Shown piece after piece: positions 38,505 to 47,588 of a stretch of DNA of 64,000 nucleotides. The DNA lies in NCBI GenBank assembly GCA_963826125.1, contig CAWGVV010000002.1, positions 1,526,855 to 1,590,854 of the forward strand, read 5' to 3'. The notes under the pieces were generated by a model. It was given only the letters and a program-made list of their open reading frames with translations. It was not told where the DNA came from and did not search any database. This DNA comes from an uncultured delta proteobacterium. Lineage in GTDB: Bacteria; Desulfobacterota; Desulfarculia; JACQYL01; CAWGVV01. The stretch's first letter is position 1. The number at the start of each line of letters is the position of its first letter. The translations under genes and the position numbers were made by a program.

Positions 38505-39380
38505 CTATCCATTGATGCTGTCGACGGATTTTCCGTACGCCGCCCCGGCGAAAACCGGGGCCTCTTTCATTAGCGCTTCGATCCGCTCCGCTTCCTGCAC
38601 GTTTCCCCGCTTTTTGCACCCGTTCAGGTAGATGCGCGCTTTGTGTACCAGCATGCCGTGCGCCAGGGCATGCTGTTCGGGAGTGAGCACCCCTTCCGCC
38701 AGAAGCTTTCGGATGGCTTCGATACGGTAGCGGTCGAGGGCGGGGATGCAGGCCGAGAGCTGGTCCGGGCGGCCACCCCGTTTGACGATAAGCTGTTCGT
38801 CGATGAGGTGCACCGGAAAACGGCAGCTCACGCGCAGCCACAAGTCGTAGTCCTCGCAGGCGGGCAGACGTTCGTCGAACCGTCCCACCACATCGGTGAG
38901 CGAGCGGCGGAACATCACGGCGGAGGGGCTCACCATGCACCGTTCCAGCGATACGGCGAAGATGTCACCCGACTGTTTGGCGTGATACGCCTTGGGATTG
39001 ACCCTTCGGCCGCCGCGCACCCAGGTTTCCTGCGTCTGGCAGATGACCGCGTCTTCGTTTTGGCGAAAGAAACGCATCTGAGCTTCGAGCTTGGCGGGCA
39101 TCCACAGATCGTCCGAATCGAGCAGGGCGATAAATTCGCCCCGGGCTTCGTCCAATCCCCGGTTGCGGGCCGCGCTCACCCCGCGGTTGTCCTGCCGCAG
39201 GGAAACCACACGGCCGCCGTAGCGTTCGACCACGGCGGCCGTACCGTCGGTGGACCCGTCGTCCACCACGATGAGTTCGAAATCGGTGAAGGTCTGGGCC
39301 AGCACCGAATCGATGGCCTCCGCCGTCATTCGCGCCCGGTTCCAGGTCGGAACGATGACGGAAACGAGCGGGCGGTTCAG
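38505..39380 (-). CDS. family-2 glycosyltransferase (start codon unresolved)
   Basis: VSVIVPTWNRARMTAEAIDSVLAQTFTDFELIVVDDGSTDGT...LLDSDDLW. There is no ATG/GTG/TTG between the nitroreductase stop and the first conserved GT2 strand. The nearest candidate is a CTG at 39380 overlapping that stop. Confidence 0.75.
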   Translation of the reverse strand: MNRPLVSVIVPTWNRARMTAEAIDSVLAQTFTDFELIVVDDGSTDGTAAVVERYGGRVVSLRQDNRGVSAARNRGLDEARGEFIALLDSDDLWMPAKLEAQMRFFRQNEDAVICQTQETWVRGGRRVNPKAYHAKQSGDIFAVSLERCMVSPSAVMFRRSLTDVVGRFDERLPACEDYDLWLRVSCRFPVHLIDEQLIVKRGGRPDQLSACIPALDRYRIEAIRKLLAEGVLTPEQHALAHGMLVHKARIYLNGCKKRGNVQEAERIEALMKEAPVFAGAAYGKSVDSING

Positions 39381-39958
39381 CTTTTCACCTCGTCGAAGAA
39401 CAGCACGTCGGCCAGGACGCGTTTGGGCACGTGAAGAACGCGGTCTTCGTCCAGCCAGTACTTCACGCTCTCCTGCAACGGCTCCACCAGGGACGTTTGG
39501 TCGGGGTATCCCAGCGCCACCACGCTGTCGATGACGAAGTGATCGGGCAGGTTGAACAGCCCGGACAGCGCTTTGACGTTGACGGTGGCGATCCAGCAGC
39601 CGGCCACCCCTTCGCCCTCTCCGGTGAGGAGGAGGTTTTCCACCGCCGCCCCCAGCCCGCGCTGATAGCCGGAATCCTTGATGCGGGTATCCACCAGCAC
39701 CAGCACGTACGCCGTGGGCCGTTTTCCCTCGGGCGGGTTGCCCCGGGGCGCAATGTAGCCCGCCCACTTTACGTGCTCAAACACCCGGGGAAGCAGATCC
39801 TCCCGGTCCACCACCAGCCACTTCAGCGGCTGGGTGTTGCTCTCGGACGGCGCGAGCCTTGCCGCGTCCACCATCCGGGTGAGGATTTTCCGGTCGATGG
39901 GATTTTGAGTGAAACAGCGGATGGACCTTCTCTTTTGCACGACTTCCCAAACATCCAT
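39377..39958 (-). CDS. nitroreductase-family protein
   Basis: RRSIRCFTQNPIDRKILTRMVDAARLAPSESNTQPLKWLVV. Confidence 0.88.
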   Translation of the reverse strand: MDVWEVVQKRRSIRCFTQNPIDRKILTRMVDAARLAPSESNTQPLKWLVVDREDLLPRVFEHVKWAGYIAPRGNPPEGKRPTAYVLVLVDTRIKDSGYQRGLGAAVENLLLTGEGEGVAGCWIATVNVKALSGLFNLPDHFVIDSVVALGYPDQTSLVEPLQESVKYWLDEDRVLHVPKRVLADVLFFDEVKS

Positions 39959-39970
39959 GATCGTACCTTT

Positions 39971-41713
39971 CTAGAACCAGTGGTTCCATGAGTATGCTAC
40001 TAGCCCGGCGACGATGAAGTTCGATTCCACCAGGAAAACGAACCGTTCGCTGAGCAGTATGTCCTTTCGTTCGAACGCGGCCACGTAGCCGAGGGCGAAG
40101 AGGCAGGGGATGACCTGCCGGATGAACAGGCTCGGTCCCAGATGAGCCACCCACATGAGCGGCATCAGCACCAGCAGCAGCGCACCAAGGCCGAACAACA
40201 ACCGCAGTGCATTTTTTTCGCCCAGGAAGATCGGGGTGGTTTCCGACCCCACGATGAGATCGCCCTGGATGTCCATGAATTCGATGAGCACCGAACGCAT
40301 GAATACCAGGACGACGACGAACACCAGGGCGACCGGAATGGTAAGGTCGAAGTCCGGAGCGACCGCCAGCGCAGGAAGCACGGTGGTGGCCGCGCCCCAT
40401 CCGGCCGCTATGGAGAGGGTTTTGGATGCCGGAATGTCCTTGAGTCGCCGGATGCGCCTGCGGCGGAACCAGGAGGCGGGAATGACCGGCAGACTGTAGA
40501 CCAATCCCAGCGCGCTCAAGAGCAGCAGGAACAGAAAAGGGAGCAGTCCCAGGAACCAGGTGAGCAGCAGGGCGCACCCCCCGGACGCCAATCCCGTGCC
40601 GATGAGGACTTTCCGGTAGCGGTCGAAAAAACGGCTGCGATCCGGGTCGTTGTACCGCGTGGCTTCCTTGTCCAGGAACCGGTTGAGCATGTGCACGCTG
40701 TAGAGGTAGAACGCCGATACCACGAGAAAAACGGGCAGGGAGGGGCTGGTGTTCAACCCCATGAGCGACACGCTGGCATAGCACAGGGCCGCCGCTCCCA
40801 GCGCCACGTACAGATCGCTCTGCATGAGAAACTTCACCAGCCGGACGGCGCCGTAGCGCAGAAAGGATTCGTCCCGTCCCCGGATGCGTTCCAGCCGCTG
40901 CACCACCTGCTTGATCATCCAGTTGGGCGTGGATGCTCCCGCCGTCACGCCCACCGTGCCCACCGCGGAAAGCATCTGTTCGTCCAGTTCTTCATCCGTT
41001 TCCACGTGCATGGTGGGGACGCCGGTGTCGGCGGCGATGGTCGCCAGCCTTCGGGTGTTTCCGCTGTTTTTGCCCCCCACCACCACCATGCATTCCACCT
41101 GCTCGGCAAGTGCCTGCACTTCCGACTGCCGCCGGTGGGTGGCCCCGCAGATGGTGTCGAACACCTTGAGATTCTTGAACCGGGCGCGGGCATGGGCGGC
41201 GATTTCCTGGTACTTGCCTTCGTGCTGGGTGGTCTGGGCGACCAGGACCGCGGGACCGTCGGGGTCCAGCGCGTCCAGTTCCTCGGGTTCGCCGATCACC
41301 ATCCCCCGCCCGTTGCTGTGTCCCAGCAGCCCGACCACCTCGGGATGGTCCGCGTCGCCCACGATAAGGCCCCGGTAGCCCTGTCCGGTGTATTTATTGA
41401 GGATCACCTGTACCCGGATCACGTGCGGACAAGTGGCGTCCACCATGTCCACGCCGTTTTTCTCGAGTTCCGATTTTACCCGAAGCGGCACGCCGTGCGC
41501 CCGAATGACCACGCACCCGCTGGAACACTCCTCGTCCTCCGCCAGGGGCCGGACGCCCAGGGTTTCCAGCAGTCCCAGGACCTGGGGGTTGTGGATGAGC
41601 GGTCCGTGGGTGGTCACCGGCCCCGCATGCTCGTGAGACACGCGAAGCACCATTTCCAACGCCCGGCGCACGCCCATGCAGAACCCGGCGGTCTTGGCCA
41701 GCTTAACTTTCAT
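39971..41713 (-). CDS. ispH: 4-hydroxy-3-methylbut-2-enyl diphosphate reductase (IspH/LytB) fused to a C-terminal UbiA-family prenyltransferase-like membrane domain
   Basis: The N-terminal ~285 aa are IspH (MKVKLAKTAGFCMGVRRA..., ATCPHV, GGKNSGNT). The C-terminal ~290 aa have 7-8 helices and Asp-rich motifs NRFLDKEATRYND and MDIQGDLIVGSETTPIFLG (D-x3-D-x3-G-x2-T-x-P). Confidence 0.88.
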   Translation of the reverse strand: MKVKLAKTAGFCMGVRRALEMVLRVSHEHAGPVTTHGPLIHNPQVLGLLETLGVRPLAEDEECSSGCVVIRAHGVPLRVKSELEKNGVDMVDATCPHVIRVQVILNKYTGQGYRGLIVGDADHPEVVGLLGHSNGRGMVIGEPEELDALDPDGPAVLVAQTTQHEGKYQEIAAHARARFKNLKVFDTICGATHRRQSEVQALAEQVECMVVVGGKNSGNTRRLATIAADTGVPTMHVETDEELDEQMLSAVGTVGVTAGASTPNWMIKQVVQRLERIRGRDESFLRYGAVRLVKFLMQSDLYVALGAAALCYASVSLMGLNTSPSLPVFLVVSAFYLYSVHMLNRFLDKEATRYNDPDRSRFFDRYRKVLIGTGLASGGCALLLTWFLGLLPFLFLLLLSALGLVYSLPVIPASWFRRRRIRRLKDIPASKTLSIAAGWGAATTVLPALAVAPDFDLTIPVALVFVVVLVFMRSVLIEFMDIQGDLIVGSETTPIFLGEKNALRLLFGLGALLLVLMPLMWVAHLGPSLFIRQVIPCLFALGYVAAFERKDILLSERFVFLVESNFIVAGLVAYSWNHWF

Positions 41714-42689
41714 GCGGAGAATCGCTCCCGTTGAGAGTGGAAAAGTAGTCGGAAACCGCCTCCCGCAACCCTTCCAGGGTCGTGCGATTTTGCACCCGTT
41801 TGCGGAGGGCCGAGCATTCGTGCAGTCCCTTGATGTACCGGATGACCTGATAGCGGATTTTCGGTATCACCATGTTTTCCCGTGCGTATTCGGCGGTGAG
41901 TTGCAGGTGGCGCAGTATCATGCGGTATCGATCATCGGGTGAGGGATTCACCGGAACGCGCTGTTCCAGCACGGCCCGGCACTGTCCGAAAAGCCAGGGA
42001 TTCCCCATCGAGGCCCGTCCTATCATCACGCCGTCGCACCCCGTTTGATCCAGCATCCTGCGTGCGTCGTCCGGTTGCGTCACGTCGCCGTTGCCGATGA
42101 CCGGAATCGAGACCGACCGCTTGATTTCGCCTATGACATCCCAGTCGGCGCTTCCCTCGTACCCCTGCGCGGCGGTTCGCCCGTGCACTGCCACCGCGTC
42201 CGCGCCGCAGTCTTCGGCCAGCCGGGCGATTTCCGCCCCGTTCAATTGTCCCTGGTTCCACCCGGTCCGGATTTTTACGGTGAGCGGACAGGAGACGGCG
42301 CGCCGCACTTCCTTGAGTATCGATCCGGCGACGGCGGGAGTGCGCATGAGTGCCGCCCCCGCGCCGATTTTCACTATTTTTTTCGCCGGGCAGCCCATGT
42401 TGATGTCGACCAGCGCTGCTCCGTATTTTTGCGCCAGTGCCGCGGCGCGAGCCATGGTCAGGGGGTGGGCGCCGAAAATCTGCACCGAGAGCGGCGACTC
42501 CCGCAGCGAGGTGGCAAGATAGCCCAGAGTGCGCCCGTTGCCGTACAAGAGCCCGTCGGCGCTCACCATTTCGGACGTAACCAGGCCGCAGCCCTGTTCA
42601 CGCGCCAGAATGCGCATAACCAGGTCCGTATGGCCGGACATGGGGGCCAGCACAAGAGGGGTTTCAAAAATGAGAGAGCCGATTTTCAT
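41703..42689 (-). CDS. dusB: tRNA-dihydrouridine synthase
   Basis: LVLAPMSGHTD..., DINMGCPAKKI, VKIRTGW, AVHGRT. Start trimmed to ATG 42689. Confidence 0.88.
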   Translation of the reverse strand: MKIGSLIFETPLVLAPMSGHTDLVMRILAREQGCGLVTSEMVSADGLLYGNGRTLGYLATSLRESPLSVQIFGAHPLTMARAAALAQKYGAALVDINMGCPAKKIVKIGAGAALMRTPAVAGSILKEVRRAVSCPLTVKIRTGWNQGQLNGAEIARLAEDCGADAVAVHGRTAAQGYEGSADWDVIGEIKRSVSIPVIGNGDVTQPDDARRMLDQTGCDGVMIGRASMGNPWLFGQCRAVLEQRVPVNPSPDDRYRMILRHLQLTAEYARENMVIPKIRYQVIRYIKGLHECSALRKRVQNRTTLEGLREAVSDYFSTLNGSDSPHES

Positions 42690-42845
42690 GGAGAGGAAGT
42701 ATACGGTACGAACGCCGAATGCGCAATCGTCATTGCCGCCCGTCCCGGCGCGCGGTTGACCGGGGAGTATTTTTTCCCTATAGTCCGCACACGTCTTCCG
42801 GCACACCGCCGCGAGAAATCCTCCGTCCGGAGTATCCGTACCGTC

Positions 42846-43400
42846 ATGAAGCAGTCATCCAACAAATACGTTACGCTCGTCACCGGCGGCTCACGCTGCG
42901 GCAAGAGCAGCCATGCGCTGGCTCTGTGCAACCGGCACGAGGGAAACAAGATTTTCCTGGCCACCGCCGAGGCGCGGGATGACGAGATGACGGAACGCAT
43001 CCGCAGGCACAAGGAGGAACGGGGCGCCGAGTGGCGCACCGTCGAGCAGCCCCTGGAAATAGCCGACGCATTGGTGCGGCTGTCCGGCCCCGGCCGGGTG
43101 GTGCTCCTGGACTGCATCACCCTGTGGCTCAGCAACTTGCTGATGAAATATCGCAACGACGAGGAAACCGTAGTCGCCCATGTTCGAACGCTGCGGGACG
43201 TCCTCGCCGCCTGCACCGGCCCGGTGATCGTCGTCACCAACGAGGTGGGTATGGGCATCGTGCCGGGGGACAGCCTCAGCCGTCTGTACCGCGACCTGGC
43301 GGGCTCCGCCAACCAGGCCATCGCCTCGGTGGCCGGAACGGTCATCCTCATGGTGTCCGGCATCCCCCTCGAGGTGAAGAGTCCGCCCGCGCCCCAGTGA
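42846..43400 (+). CDS. cobU: adenosylcobinamide kinase/adenosylcobinamide-phosphate guanylyltransferase
   Basis: P-loop VTGGSRCGKSSHA, then IFLATAEARDDEMTERIRRHKEER and VTNEVGMGIVP. Only the last 184 codons of ORF 42045-43400 are coding; the rest is antisense to dusB. Confidence 0.88.
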   Translation: MKQSSNKYVTLVTGGSRCGKSSHALALCNRHEGNKIFLATAEARDDEMTERIRRHKEERGAEWRTVEQPLEIADALVRLSGPGRVVLLDCITLWLSNLLMKYRNDEETVVAHVRTLRDVLAACTGPVIVVTNEVGMGIVPGDSLSRLYRDLAGSANQAIASVAGTVILMVSGIPLEVKSPPAPQ

Positions 43401-43440
43401 AAACCAAAACATCCCATCACGATAACAGGAGAAATCCGTC

Positions 43441-44496
43441 ATGTCTCTGTTTCACGATACTTTGCGTTCCATACCGCCCATCGATCCGACCGTCGGCCAA
43501 AAGGCCCAGGCCCGATTGGACAACCTCACCAAACCGCGAGGCAGCCTCGGCCGGCTCGAAGAGTTCGCCCGATCCTACGTTTCCATGCGTAACGACCTGA
43601 ACGCGTCCATCCACAGCAAGGAAGTCCTGGTTTTCGCCGCGGACCACGGCGTGGTGGAGGAAGGCGTAAGCGCCTACCCGCGGGACGTCACCTATCAGAT
43701 GGTGCTCAATTTCCTCAACGGCGGCGCCGGCATCAATGTGATCGCCCGCCACGTGAACGCCCAGGTGACCGTGGTGGACATCGGGGTCGACCATGATTTC
43801 GAACCCGTGCCCGGACTGGTGATGCGCAAGGTGGCGCCGGGTACGGCCAACATGGCCAAGGGTCCGGCCATGTCGGAAGAAACGACGGTGAAGGCCCTGG
43901 AAGTGGGCATCGTCACGGCATTCGAAGCCATCGATCACGGGGCGGACATCCTCGGCACCGGCGAAATGGGCATCGGCAACACCACGGCCAGCAGCGCGGT
44001 CACCGCCGTGTTCACCGGCAGGCCGGTGAAGGAAGTCACCGGACGGGGCACGGGAATCGACGACGCGGCGCTGGCCGCCAAGGTGGAAGTGATCGAACGG
44101 GCCATCGCCTTGAATCGACCCGATCCTTCCAACGGGCTGGACGTGCTGGCCAAGGTGGGGGGGTTGGAGATTGCGGGAATCGCGGGCATGATCATCGGCG
44201 CCGCGTCGCGAAGGGTGCCGGTGGTGCTGGACGGATTCATCTCCTCGACGGGCGGTCTGGTGGCCCGTGAACTGAACCCGGAAATCGCGAACTACCTTTT
44301 CGCCGCCCACCGTTCGGTGGAAATCGGCCACCACGCCATCCTCGAACGGATCGGGCTCATCCCCTTCGTGGACCTCAACCTGCGGCTGGGCGAGGGCACC
44401 GGGGCCGCCATCGGCATGGACATGATCGAGCTGAGCCTGAAAATAATGAACGAAATGGCGACGTTCGACGAGGCGGGGGTGAGTGACAAGGAATAA
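43441..44496 (+). CDS. cobT: nicotinate-nucleotide--dimethylbenzimidazole phosphoribosyltransferase
   Basis: [32 protein letters not shown], and [10 protein letters not shown]. Confidence 0.92.
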   Translation: MSLFHDTLRSIPPIDPTVGQKAQARLDNLTKPRGSLGRLEEFARSYVSMRNDLNASIHSKEVLVFAADHGVVEEGVSAYPRDVTYQMVLNFLNGGAGINVIARHVNAQVTVVDIGVDHDFEPVPGLVMRKVAPGTANMAKGPAMSEETTVKALEVGIVTAFEAIDHGADILGTGEMGIGNTTASSAVTAVFTGRPVKEVTGRGTGIDDAALAAKVEVIERAIALNRPDPSNGLDVLAKVGGLEIAGIAGMIIGAASRRVPVVLDGFISSTGGLVARELNPEIANYLFAAHRSVEIGHHAILERIGLIPFVDLNLRLGEGTGAAIGMDMIELSLKIMNEMATFDEAGVSDKE

Positions 44497-44518
44497 AACG
44501 CTGTACACCACAGGCGTG

Positions 44519-44565
44519 GAAATCCCCCCCGGCCCCCTTTGAAAACGGGGGAGAGCGGATTTCCG
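44519..44565. repeat. nested palindromic element (GGAAATCC...CCCCCTTTGAAAACGGGGG...GGATTTCC)
   Basis: 8-bp outer arms enclose a 5-bp inner hairpin. It sits directly after the cobT stop. Confidence 0.55.
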
Positions 44566-44625
44566 GCGCCTTGGCCCGGCAGACCCTGATTGTTCTGATC
44601 GGCTGACACGATTTCTCGGCCTGTC

Positions 44626-44653
44626 TGTCATTTCGACCGAAGGGGGAAATCTC
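44626..44653 (+). repeat. dispersed 28-nt repeat R1 (TGTCATTTCGAnCGnnnGnGnGAAATCTC), copy 1
   Basis: TGTCATTTCGACCGAAGGGGGAAATCTC abuts the GIY-YIG start codon. Confidence 0.7.
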
Positions 44654-44983
44654 GTGCCAAAAGAGTATCGTTATTTCGTCTACCTTATGACGAACAAGTA
44701 CGACAAAGTCATGTATGTTGGAGTAACGGGCAATCTTTTACGCCGTGTCTATGAGCACAAGAAAAAGCTGGTAGATGGTTTTACCAAGAAGTACAATGTA
44801 AATAAGCTGGTGTATTTTGAAGAGACCAATGATGTTTACGCGGCTATAGAAAGAGAAAAAGAGATCAAGAAGTGGCGTAGAGAGAAGAAAGATAATCTCG
44901 TAAGGACCGTGAATCCTGAGTATCTTGATTTAAGCGATACATGGTATGCAGCCTCTCCCTTGGGTCGAGATAATCTGCCATGA
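44654..44983 (+). CDS. GIY-YIG nuclease-family protein (COG2827-like, stand-alone URI domain)
   Basis: YFVYLMTNKYDKVMYVGVTGNLLRRVYEHKKK...YAAIEREKEIKKWRREKK. GTG start. Sampled lines are about 33-47% G+C. Confidence 0.85.
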   Translation: MPKEYRYFVYLMTNKYDKVMYVGVTGNLLRRVYEHKKKLVDGFTKKYNVNKLVYFEETNDVYAAIEREKEIKKWRREKKDNLVRTVNPEYLDLSDTWYAASPLGRDNLP

Positions 44984-45009
44984 GATTTCTTGCTGGCGCT
45001 CGAAATGAC
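44981..45009 (-). repeat. R1 repeat, copy 2 (inverted)
   Basis: GAGATTTCTTGCTGGCGCTCGAAATGACA is the reverse complement of TGTCATTTCGAGCGCCAGCAAGAAATCTC. It overlaps the GIY-YIG stop codon. Confidence 0.7.
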
Positions 45010-45165
45010 AGCCCGTGGGCGAGCGTTCGTGATGATTCCATAAGGAAGAAGCCCGCACCTCTTCCCTGTCGGCTGGACATCGTAAGGTTCAGATGGGCGT
45101 TAGTAAGCGGGATCGCACGGTTTGGCTATTGTAATGAACCCTAAGTCATTCTCAAGGCCCGATCA

Positions 45166-45915
45166 ATGAAAGCATTCCTCCTTTCCCTGCAGTTTCTCAC
45201 CGTCATCATGGTGAAACGCGATCTGCACGCCGAGCCTCGGGACCTCGTTCGCAGCGCGGCCTTTTTCCCGCTGATCGGGCTCATCATCGGGCTTATCCTG
45301 GCCGGCGCGTATGCGCTCTTTTCCCGGCTGTGGCTGCCCATCGTGGCGGACGCGCTTACCGTGGTCCTCCTGGTGGTGCTTACGCGCGGATTTCACCTGG
45401 ACGGTCTGGCCGACACCTGCGACGGCCTGCTCGGTTCCTATGACCGGCAGCGTTCTCTGGAAATCATGAAGGACAGCCGGGTGGGGGTGTTCGGCGTCGC
45501 GGGGATCGTCTGCGTACTGCTGCTCAAGGTAATGCTCCTCACGGCCATTCCGTCGTTCATCAAATACCAGGTGCTGGTGGTGATGCCGGTGGTTTCCCGC
45601 TGGTCCATGACGCAGCTTGCCTGGCGCACTCCGTATGCCAGGGAAAAGGGGCTGGGCGGCGGCATCGCCGGCCGGCTGGGTTCGGGAGAAGTCCTCGTCG
45701 CGCTGGTCACGGCGTTCACGGTTTCCTCCCTGCTCATGAGGACCATGGGGCTGATTGCGCTCGGGGTGGCGACGCTGATCACGCTGCTCGTGCGTGCCAT
45801 GTTCATGCGGAAGCTCGGGGGAGTGACCGGCGACTCGTTCGGTTTTGTAAATGAAATAAACGAAACGATATTTTTACTGACAGCCTCCGCCTTCGTGCGC
45901 TATTATGCCGGATGA
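45166..45915 (+). CDS. cobS: adenosylcobinamide-GDP ribazoletransferase (cobalamin synthase)
   Basis: 249-aa polytopic protein with HLDGLADTCDG and GGVTGD motifs. Confidence 0.9.
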   Translation: MKAFLLSLQFLTVIMVKRDLHAEPRDLVRSAAFFPLIGLIIGLILAGAYALFSRLWLPIVADALTVVLLVVLTRGFHLDGLADTCDGLLGSYDRQRSLEIMKDSRVGVFGVAGIVCVLLLKVMLLTAIPSFIKYQVLVVMPVVSRWSMTQLAWRTPYAREKGLGGGIAGRLGSGEVLVALVTAFTVSSLLMRTMGLIALGVATLITLLVRAMFMRKLGGVTGDSFGFVNEINETIFLLTASAFVRYYAG

Positions 45916-45968
45916 TAAGGAGAGGGGAGTTTTCTCACATCATCATCCACGATAAGGGGGTTGTCGTG

Positions 45969-46385
45969 ATGGTGCGCGCGGGATGGGCCACGCTTGCCTT
46001 TTTGGTATTCATCTGTTCCCCTTTGCCCGGGGCTTGGGCTGAATCACCTTCCATGGTGGTGGAAGACGCGGTGATCTGCCGTGAGGTGAATGACCTGAAT
46101 CCCGAGGGAATCAGCAATGTTTTCCCTTACGATACTCATCAGGTCTACTGCTTCACCCGCATTGTCAACGCTCAACCGCCCACCAGCATAATCCACGTGT
46201 GGTACTACGGCAATCGGGAGATGGCTCGTATCACCTTGCCGGTTTCCTATTCCACCTGGAGGACCTACAGCACCATCACGATCTACGAGGAGTGGACGGG
46301 AAGATGGAGCGTGGCGGTGCTTTCTCCGGAAAACAATATTCTGAAGGTGCTTACATTCACCATTGAAACCAAGGGCAGGCCATAG
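45969..46385 (+). CDS. DUF2914-like secreted protein
   Basis: Signal peptide MVRAGWATLAFLVFICSPLPGAWA. Then VYCFTRI...IHVWYYGNREMARITLPV..STWRTYSTITI...GRWSVAVL. An ATG at 45912 (ATGA overlap with cobS) is an alternative start. Confidence 0.7.
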   Translation: MVRAGWATLAFLVFICSPLPGAWAESPSMVVEDAVICREVNDLNPEGISNVFPYDTHQVYCFTRIVNAQPPTSIIHVWYYGNREMARITLPVSYSTWRTYSTITIYEEWTGRWSVAVLSPENNILKVLTFTIETKGRP

Positions 46386-46464
46386 TATAATCGCTTTCTA
46401 TTATTCCGTCGAAACCGCCCGCTAATCGCTTGCCCGCGATTTGACACTCGAAAAGGGGACATCA

Positions 46465-46935
46465 ATGGCCGAAGAGAACGTATGTTACAGTTTTGAAGGA
46501 GCCATGAAACTGGCGATCGATCAGGAAAGGGCCTGTTTCAGGACCTTTATCACCGGAGCGGAGAGGATCAAGGACAAGCAGGTGGCCCAGTTCTTCAAGG
46601 AATTGGCCGTCAAGGACCTTGAACATATACACAGCCTGGAAAGCGCCCTCTATACCGGCGACGCCGAAACGGTGGGGCTGGACAAGCGCGTGGAAACCAT
46701 GCGCATCGAGGACTTCCTCATCACGCCCGAAATGAAGGCCGACTTGGGCATGCAGGACGCCATGATCCTGGCCATGAAGGAAAAGCGGCGCTGCATCGAC
46801 ATCTACGAGAAAATGCTCCACAGCTGTTCCGGCAGTCCCATGGAAAAGCTGTTCTCCAAGCTGAGGAACGAAGATTCGGCGGACCTGCAGCGCATGGAAG
46901 ATTCCTACGAATCGCACTTCATGCAGGATATGTAA
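46465..46935 (+). CDS. ferritin-like/rubrerythrin-family domain protein
   Basis: Four-helix-bundle pattern with paired E..H-type segments (AIDQERACFRTF..., KDLEHIHSLE, AMKEKRRCIDIYE, NEDSADLQRME). Confidence 0.72.
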   Translation: MAEENVCYSFEGAMKLAIDQERACFRTFITGAERIKDKQVAQFFKELAVKDLEHIHSLESALYTGDAETVGLDKRVETMRIEDFLITPEMKADLGMQDAMILAMKEKRRCIDIYEKMLHSCSGSPMEKLFSKLRNEDSADLQRMEDSYESHFMQDM

Positions 46936-47074
46936 CAAAGCGTCAGGCAGGCCGGACGCGCACTCCGCTTTCCGGCCGACCGCAAAAGCCGAACCAACAG
47001 CGCCGTCCGCCGCGAAGCCAGTACACGATTCCCGGTGACGGCGCTTTTTTTCTGCCCTCACAAGGCTCTTGAAC

Positions 47075-47557
47075 ATGGAAACGACGCTGCTCATCCTTTC
47101 CCTGATCGTCATGCTGGCGGGCCTCGCCGGGACGGTTCTGCCCATGATGCCGGGAATCCCGGTGATCTATGCCGGGTACTTCATCTACGGGTTCGCTTCC
47201 GGCTGGAGCCGGTACGGCCTGTGGGTGATGGTGGTGCTGGGCGTGATCACCGCCGTCAGCCAGGTCCTCGACTATTACGCGGGAGCCATCGGCGCCCGCA
47301 AGTTCGGCGCATCCCGGGCCGGTGTCTGGGGAGCGCTCATCGGCGGCATCTTGGGCGCCATCTTCTTCAATGTAGTGGGACTGGTGGCGGGGCCGTTCGT
47401 GGGGGCCCTGGCGGGGGAACTGCTGGCGGGCAGGAACCTGCGGGATTCCATCCGTTCCGGCTGGGGCGCTTTCCTGGGGTTCGTGGCGGGCAGTTTCTTC
47501 CGCCTGATCCTGGGGCTGTCCATGATCCTGGCCTTCGTGTGGCTCATCGTTTTTTAA
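47075..47557 (+). CDS. DUF456 family membrane protein
   Basis: LAGLAGTVLPMMPGIPVIYAGYFIYGF plus three further Gly-rich helices. Confidence 0.78.
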   Translation: METTLLILSLIVMLAGLAGTVLPMMPGIPVIYAGYFIYGFASGWSRYGLWVMVVLGVITAVSQVLDYYAGAIGARKFGASRAGVWGALIGGILGAIFFNVVGLVAGPFVGALAGELLAGRNLRDSIRSGWGAFLGFVAGSFFRLILGLSMILAFVWLIVF

Positions 47558-47588
47558 GACCGCTCTCGATTGGAAAACGGAGGACGAC

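Noticed and set aside
40017-40032. tRNA T-loop-like GTTCGATTCCACC
   Set aside because: It lies inside the ispH-fusion coding frame with no acceptor or anticodon arms around it. No tRNA, and so no tRNA-linked island junction, was found anywhere in the window.
42690-42845. Cobalamin riboswitch upstream of cobU
   Set aside because: I could not find the conserved B12-box or the characteristic GC-rich core helices in the 155-nt leader. A covariance-model scan would be needed to settle it.
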